Shown here one piece after another: positions 8,242 through 11,611 of a DNA stretch of 11,611 bases. Numbering within the stretch: the stretch's first letter is position 1; each line of letters opens with the position of its first letter. The position numbers and the translations under genes were made by a program. The notes beneath the pieces are model-generated. The model was not told where the DNA came from and searched no databases. It worked only from the letters and a program-made list of their open reading frames with translations. The stretch is from an uncultured delta proteobacterium (GTDB lineage: Bacteria > Desulfobacterota > Binatia > UBA9968), in NCBI GenBank assembly GCA_963737905.1, contig CAVTUQ010000018.1, positions 1 through 11,611 on the forward strand, given 5' to 3'.

Positions 8242-8253
8242 GGTGACCGACCT

Positions 8254-9957
8254 ATGACAGTGAAAGATGCACCGCCCATAAGCCGTGCAACTCTCGGGGT
8301 CCCGTTAACGCTGACCTCGGGTATTGAACGTATGTTTCCAACCTTGACGCTGGCGCAGGTTGAGCGGATTGCCGCGCATGGACGTGTGCGTCAAATTCGA
8401 CCTGGAGAGGTGCTCGTCCAGCCGGGAGATCAGATCGTGCCGTTCTTCGTCGTTACGTCAGGTGGAGTCGAGATTATCAGGCCATCCAGCGCCAACGAGA
8501 CGCTCGTAGCGCTCTATGGACCGGGTCAGTTCACCGGCGAGGTCAACATGCTTTCAGGCCGCCCCGCGCTCCTCCAGGTGCGGGCCAGCGAGGCGGGCGA
8601 ATTGATCGAGCTGGACCGAAAAAGCTTCTTGGAGCTCGTGCAGACCGACAGCCAGCTCAGCGAGCTCATCATGCGGGCCTTCATACTGCGCCGGGTGGAA
8701 TTGATCGCCCACGGGCTCGGCGATGTCGTGCTCCTCGGGTCGAATTATTGCTCGGAAACCCTACGCGTTAAAGAGTTCCTAACGCGCAACGGCCATCCGT
8801 ACTCGTACATCGATCTCGATCGTGACGACGGCGTTCAAGATCTGCTGGACCGGTTTCACGTGACCGGCGCGGATGTGCCGGTTATGATCTGCCGTGGCGA
8901 GGTGGTGCTACGGAGTCCGACCAATCAGCAGATCGCCGACTGTCTCGGCTTTAACGTGGCCATCGACCAGACCCAGATACGGGACGTGGTCATCGTCGGC
9001 GCGGGACCCGCGGGACTCGCTGCGGCCGTGTACGCCGCTTCGGAAGGCCTGGATGTCCTGGTGCTGGAGACAAACTCGCCGGGGGGACAGGCCGGTTCCA
9101 GCTCGAAGATCGAAAACTACCTTGGTTTCCCGACGGGCATCTCGGGTCAAGCTCTCGCGGGGCGGGCGTACACGCAGGCGCAGAAATTCGGCGCCCAAGT
9201 GATCATCGCGAAAGGCGCCAAAAACTTTGCCTGCGACCGTACGCGCTACGCCATCGAGATCGACAGTGGCTTGCGCGTGCCTGCCCGCACCGTCATCATT
9301 GCGACAGGTGCCGCGTACCGGAAACCGTCCATCGAGAACTTGGCGCAGTTCGAGAACGCGGGTGTGTACTACGGCGCGACATTCATGGAAGCGCAGTTGT
9401 GCCGCGGTGAAGAAGTCGTTGTGGTGGGGGGTGGAAACTCAGCCGGCCAGGCCGCGGTCTTTTTGGCACAGACCGCCAAGCGCGTGCACATGCTCGTGCG
9501 GGCGAAAGGCCTCGCCGAAACTATGTCGCGCTATCTGATTCGTCGGATCGAACAGAATCCGGCCATCGTCCTCAGAACCAACACCGAAATCGTGGCCCTC
9601 GAAGGGAGTAACCATCTCGAACGGGTGCGCTGGCGCGATGCTCGGACCGGCGACATTGAGACCCACGACCTGAGACATGTCTTCCTCATGACAGGGGCAG
9701 TTCCTGGTACGAAGTGGGTCGAGGGATGCGTCGCGCTCGATGCAAAGGGATTTATCAAGACGGGACCCGATCTGTCCCAGGAAGATTTGGCCGCCGCGCA
9801 TTGGCCGCTCGCCAGGGCTCCCGATCTCCTCGAAACGAGTTTGCCGGGCGTGTTCGCGGTGGGTGACGTCCGGGCAGGCAATATCAAGCGCGTGGCTTCC
9901 GCAGTGGGCGAGGGGTCGATTGCGATCTCCTTCGTACATAAGGCGCTGCACCAGTAG
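8254..9957 (+). CDS. Cyclic-nucleotide-binding domain + glutaredoxin-like linker + thioredoxin-reductase-like FAD/NAD(P)H oxidoreductase
   Basis: cNMP-like GEVLVQPGD...GPGQFTGEVNML; KEFLTRNGHPYSYIDLD; FAD motif VVIVGAGPAGLAAAVY; GGQAGSSSKIENYLGFP; ATGA; VVGGGNSAGQ; ETSLPGVFAVGDVR...VASAVGEG. GAGGTGA RBS at 8240-8246. Confidence 0.9.
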   Translation: MTVKDAPPISRATLGVPLTLTSGIERMFPTLTLAQVERIAAHGRVRQIRPGEVLVQPGDQIVPFFVVTSGGVEIIRPSSANETLVALYGPGQFTGEVNMLSGRPALLQVRASEAGELIELDRKSFLELVQTDSQLSELIMRAFILRRVELIAHGLGDVVLLGSNYCSETLRVKEFLTRNGHPYSYIDLDRDDGVQDLLDRFHVTGADVPVMICRGEVVLRSPTNQQIADCLGFNVAIDQTQIRDVVIVGAGPAGLAAAVYAASEGLDVLVLETNSPGGQAGSSSKIENYLGFPTGISGQALAGRAYTQAQKFGAQVIIAKGAKNFACDRTRYAIEIDSGLRVPARTVIIATGAAYRKPSIENLAQFENAGVYYGATFMEAQLCRGEEVVVVGGGNSAGQAAVFLAQTAKRVHMLVRAKGLAETMSRYLIRRIEQNPAIVLRTNTEIVALEGSNHLERVRWRDARTGDIETHDLRHVFLMTGAVPGTKWVEGCVALDAKGFIKTGPDLSQEDLAAAHWPLARAPDLLETSLPGVFAVGDVRAGNIKRVASAVGEGSIAISFVHKALHQ

Positions 9958-9970
9958 GAGGACCACGACG

Positions 9971-10240
9971 ATGGCTGAAGCAACCTGCGCTCATATCGAG
10001 GCCATTACGACCGTCAAACACCCGAAGCGCCGGCAATGCGACGAATGCGTGAAAATCGGCTCCCGCTGGGTCCATCTACGGACGTGTCAGGAGTGTGGCA
10101 CGACGCGTTGCTGCGACGACTCGCCCAACCGCCACGCCACCAAGCACGCGGGGTCGAGCAAGCATCCAGTGATCGCATCCGCGGAACCCGGGGAGCGTTG
10201 GCTTTACTGCTATCCAGACGATGCTGTTGTGGAGTATTGA
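9971..10240 (+). CDS. UBP-type zinc finger domain protein (89 aa)
   Basis: ATG 9971 after an AGGAGG that overlaps the upstream stop. CxH...CDEC...WVHLRTCQECG...CCDDSPNRHATKH...HPVIASAEPGERWLYCYPD is the bacterial zf-UBP pattern. Confidence 0.9.
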   Translation: MAEATCAHIEAITTVKHPKRRQCDECVKIGSRWVHLRTCQECGTTRCCDDSPNRHATKHAGSSKHPVIASAEPGERWLYCYPDDAVVEY

Positions 10241-10268
10241 AGGAACAAGCGTTTTGGAGGAATGAATC

Positions 10269-10526
10269 ATGCGAGAAACGATAGAAATAGGATATCAGGC
10301 GTTTGTTTCAGACGGCGGCGAGGAGTTCGGAGCGGTTCGGGAGGTTTCTCCAAACGGCCGGCCCGAACTCGTGATCTACGTCGAGAATGCGGGGGAATTT
10401 GTCGTGCCGCTCTCTGCGGTGGAGGCAGTCCATTCGCAGAAGGTTGTGTTGAACTGCGGCAAGCTGGAGCGTCGGCTTCGACAGGCGATCGGTCACGCAC
10501 ACGACGCCGAAGAGCCCAACGCTTGA
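10269..10526 (+). CDS. Small hypothetical protein, possibly PRC-barrel-like (85 aa)
   Basis: GGAGG RBS at 10256-10260. IGYQAFVSDGGEEFGAVREV...FVVPLSAVEAVHSQKVVL has a PRC-barrel/DUF2171-like beta pattern; co-oriented with the zf-UBP gene. Confidence 0.75.
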   Translation: MRETIEIGYQAFVSDGGEEFGAVREVSPNGRPELVIYVENAGEFVVPLSAVEAVHSQKVVLNCGKLERRLRQAIGHAHDAEEPNA

Positions 10527-10696
10527 ACCGTGTTGATCGGAGGGAAACGCAAGTGCTCCCTGACAAGTATTCCGCCAGACGGTTTCGAGCTGTTAACGCA
10601 ACGACCGGGCACTGGTGAGACTCAGGAGACGTGTGGACTGTAAGTACTCAGAGAAACGAGGACGCCGCCGAGCGCTTGGACGAGCCGTCCTGAATT

Positions 10697-10846
10697 TTAG
10701 TCCTCGTCGTAGTTAGGGCGTGGCCAATGAGTGTCGTATTTCTCGCATATGGGATTAGCGTAACTATCATCCGCCAGACAACCGCAGCTAGTGATAAGAC
10801 TAGAAAGTAGGACCAGCATTGCTAGCAATAAAATAGTGCTGCGCAT
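10697..10846 (-). CDS. Small putative lipoprotein (49 aa), not in ORF track
   Basis: MRSTILLLAMLVLLSSLITSCGCLADDSYANPICEKYDTHWPRPNYDED*. AGGTGA RBS (10852-10857) 5 nt before the ATG, basic N-terminus, hydrophobic core, lipobox I-T-S-C21, and its own sigma54 promoter. Confidence 0.75.
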   Translation of the reverse strand: MRSTILLLAMLVLLSSLITSCGCLADDSYANPICEKYDTHWPRPNYDED

Positions 10847-10888
10847 GATGTTCACCTATTTCTGTTCGCTCCACGTGAGATAGTTTCC

Positions 10889-10905
10889 GGCAAGCCCCGT
10901 GCCAG
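10889..10905 (-). promoter_or_regulatory. sigma54 (RpoN) -24/-12 promoter
   Basis: Minus strand CTGGCACGGGGCTTGCC matches TGGCACG-N4-TTGC; the -12 C is 44 nt from ATG 10846. Confidence 0.8.
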
Positions 10906-11006
10906 GTTCTGGGGATCGAGCCATAGCTTGAATTTTAAGAAATCCGAAAAGTTATGGGACATGAGAAGTTGAACCGGCTTTGTAGGTCTTCGCTTGGCAG
11001 TAGCAG

Positions 11007-11044
11007 CAAAAGGCACAGGGGAGGGCATCTCGCCCTCCCCATGC
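11007..11044 (-). terminator. Probable intrinsic terminator after the 102-aa secreted protein gene
   Basis: Perfect 9-bp stem GGGGAGGGC (11018-11026) / GCCCTCCCC (11032-11040) with 5-nt loop, followed on the minus strand by TGTGCCTTTT; about 25 nt after the stop at 11064. Confidence 0.65.
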
Positions 11045-11063
11045 ACCGTCTCTAACAACACCT

Positions 11064-11372
11064 TTAATCAGAGTAATCGTTCTCCAAGCGATGCTCGTTC
11101 TCGATTCTCTGCGCTTGGACTTGATCTTTTCCAACCGGATTCTCGTCACACGGCCCGTAGAAGTCGACCACGTCACCTGTGCTCGAGTCTTTTAGCGCTG
11201 GTTGATTGTCGTCCAAAGTGCTCTGGCGCATGGCTGGAAACTTCTCGTGACAATAACTATCTGTCGTGAGCTGATCCTTCGAGAGAATGCCATCGGCACC
11301 GGTTGCAGTGTTGAACACTCCCATCGTACCAGTGAAAAGTACGGCTGCTAAAATTGACGTTGCGATTTTCAT
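11064..11372 (-). CDS. Small secreted acidic hypothetical protein (102 aa) with two cysteines
   Basis: Start reassigned to ATG 11372 by a perfect AAGGAGGTGA RBS (11378-11387). Sec signal MKIATSILAAVLFTGTMGVFNTATGA; mature part has SYCHEKFPA and VVDFYGPCDENP. Confidence 0.82.
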   Translation of the reverse strand: MKIATSILAAVLFTGTMGVFNTATGADGILSKDQLTTDSYCHEKFPAMRQSTLDDNQPALKDSSTGDVVDFYGPCDENPVGKDQVQAQRIENEHRLENDYSD

Positions 11373-11411
11373 GAGTCTCACCTCCTTCCTTTGCATTCTG
11401 ATTATCGATAT

Positions 11412-11428
11412 CGCAAGGTCCGTACCAG
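11412..11428 (-). promoter_or_regulatory. sigma54 (RpoN) -24/-12 promoter
   Basis: Minus strand CTGGTACGGACCTTGCG has GG-N10-GC spacing and one mismatch to TGGCACG-N4-TTGC; the -12 C is 41 nt from ATG 11372. Confidence 0.78.
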
Positions 11429-11511
11429 GCGAACCTGCCTTCATAGGTACTTGGGATTGCGTGAGTTACCGATGCGTGATTATTGTCAGATGCTGGGTCT
11501 CAAACTGCGAC

Positions 11512-11545
11512 GTGACGAGATATCATCGAACGTCGAAATATCAGC
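11512..11545 (-). promoter_or_regulatory. Tandem putative enhancer-binding-protein sites (UAS), 18-bp period
   Basis: Minus strand GCTGATATTTCGACGT (11545-11530) and GATGATATCTCGTCAC (11527-11512) are 11/16 and 12/16 identical to the 6602-6617 site, and end 84 bp upstream of the sigma54 TGG at 11427. Confidence 0.6.
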
Positions 11546-11611
11546 TGCGACGGCATCGCAAAGTCTCCTAGCCAGAGTGAAGTAATGTTAGAAAATGGCA
11601 ACAATGCGATG

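Noticed and set aside
9740-9970. N-terminal extension of the zf-UBP ORF (166 aa in the track)
   Set aside because: Lies inside the flavoprotein gene in another frame; the RBS and domain start support ATG 9971.
10656-10707. Inverted repeats ACGAGGAC/GTCCTCGT and AGGACG/CGTCCT after the lipoprotein stop as a terminator
   Set aside because: Several mutually exclusive imperfect stems and only a weak U-tract; possible but not supportable as a call.
10571-10779. 10-bp direct repeat TCCGCCAGAC at about 10571 and 10770 as a target-site duplication
   Set aside because: The second copy lies inside the lipoprotein CDS, and there are no terminal inverted repeats or transposase; compatible with chance.
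499-11585. The many antisense or alternative-frame ORFs in the track (e.g. 1776-2285, 5266-5703, 6483-6941, 9439-9966, 10852-11061, 11287-11571)
   Set aside because: They shadow well-supported genes or regulatory DNA, and lack RBSs and recognisable motifs.
1-11611. CRISPR array, tRNA/rRNA, transposase/integrase or defence-system genes
   Set aside because: No regularly spaced repeats, cloverleaf or rRNA-like sequence, and no recombinase, nuclease or reverse-transcriptase motifs in the translated frames.

Overview
Bacterial accessory/metabolic region with moderately high GC. The gene mix (Amidohydro_2 enzyme next to an orphan NMT1/SsuA-type binding protein, F420-type LLM enzyme, small secreted proteins) suggests a soil Candidatus Binatia/deltaproteobacterial genome, which is inference only. 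In order: a DUF4124-like secreted protein, a YbfF-like alpha/beta hydrolase, an amidohydrolase plus ABC substrate-binding protein, a frameshifted LLM-class oxidoreductase, a glutathione S-transferase, two hypothetical proteins, then MOSC (YiiM-like) / cNMP-thioredoxin-reductase-like / UBP-type zinc finger / small hypothetical genes interspersed with two short-chain dehydrogenase remnants, and two convergently oriented small exported proteins. The most notable signal is regulatory. Three near-consensus sigma54 (-24/-12) promoters each lie 41-46 nt upstream of a small uncharacterised gene, one of which is a 49-aa lipoprotein missing from the ORF track. Two of these promoters share a tandem 18-bp-period upstream motif at almost the same distance (85 vs 84 bp), suggesting a small-protein regulon under one enhancer-binding protein. 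No rRNA, tRNA, CRISPR array or mobile element was seen.
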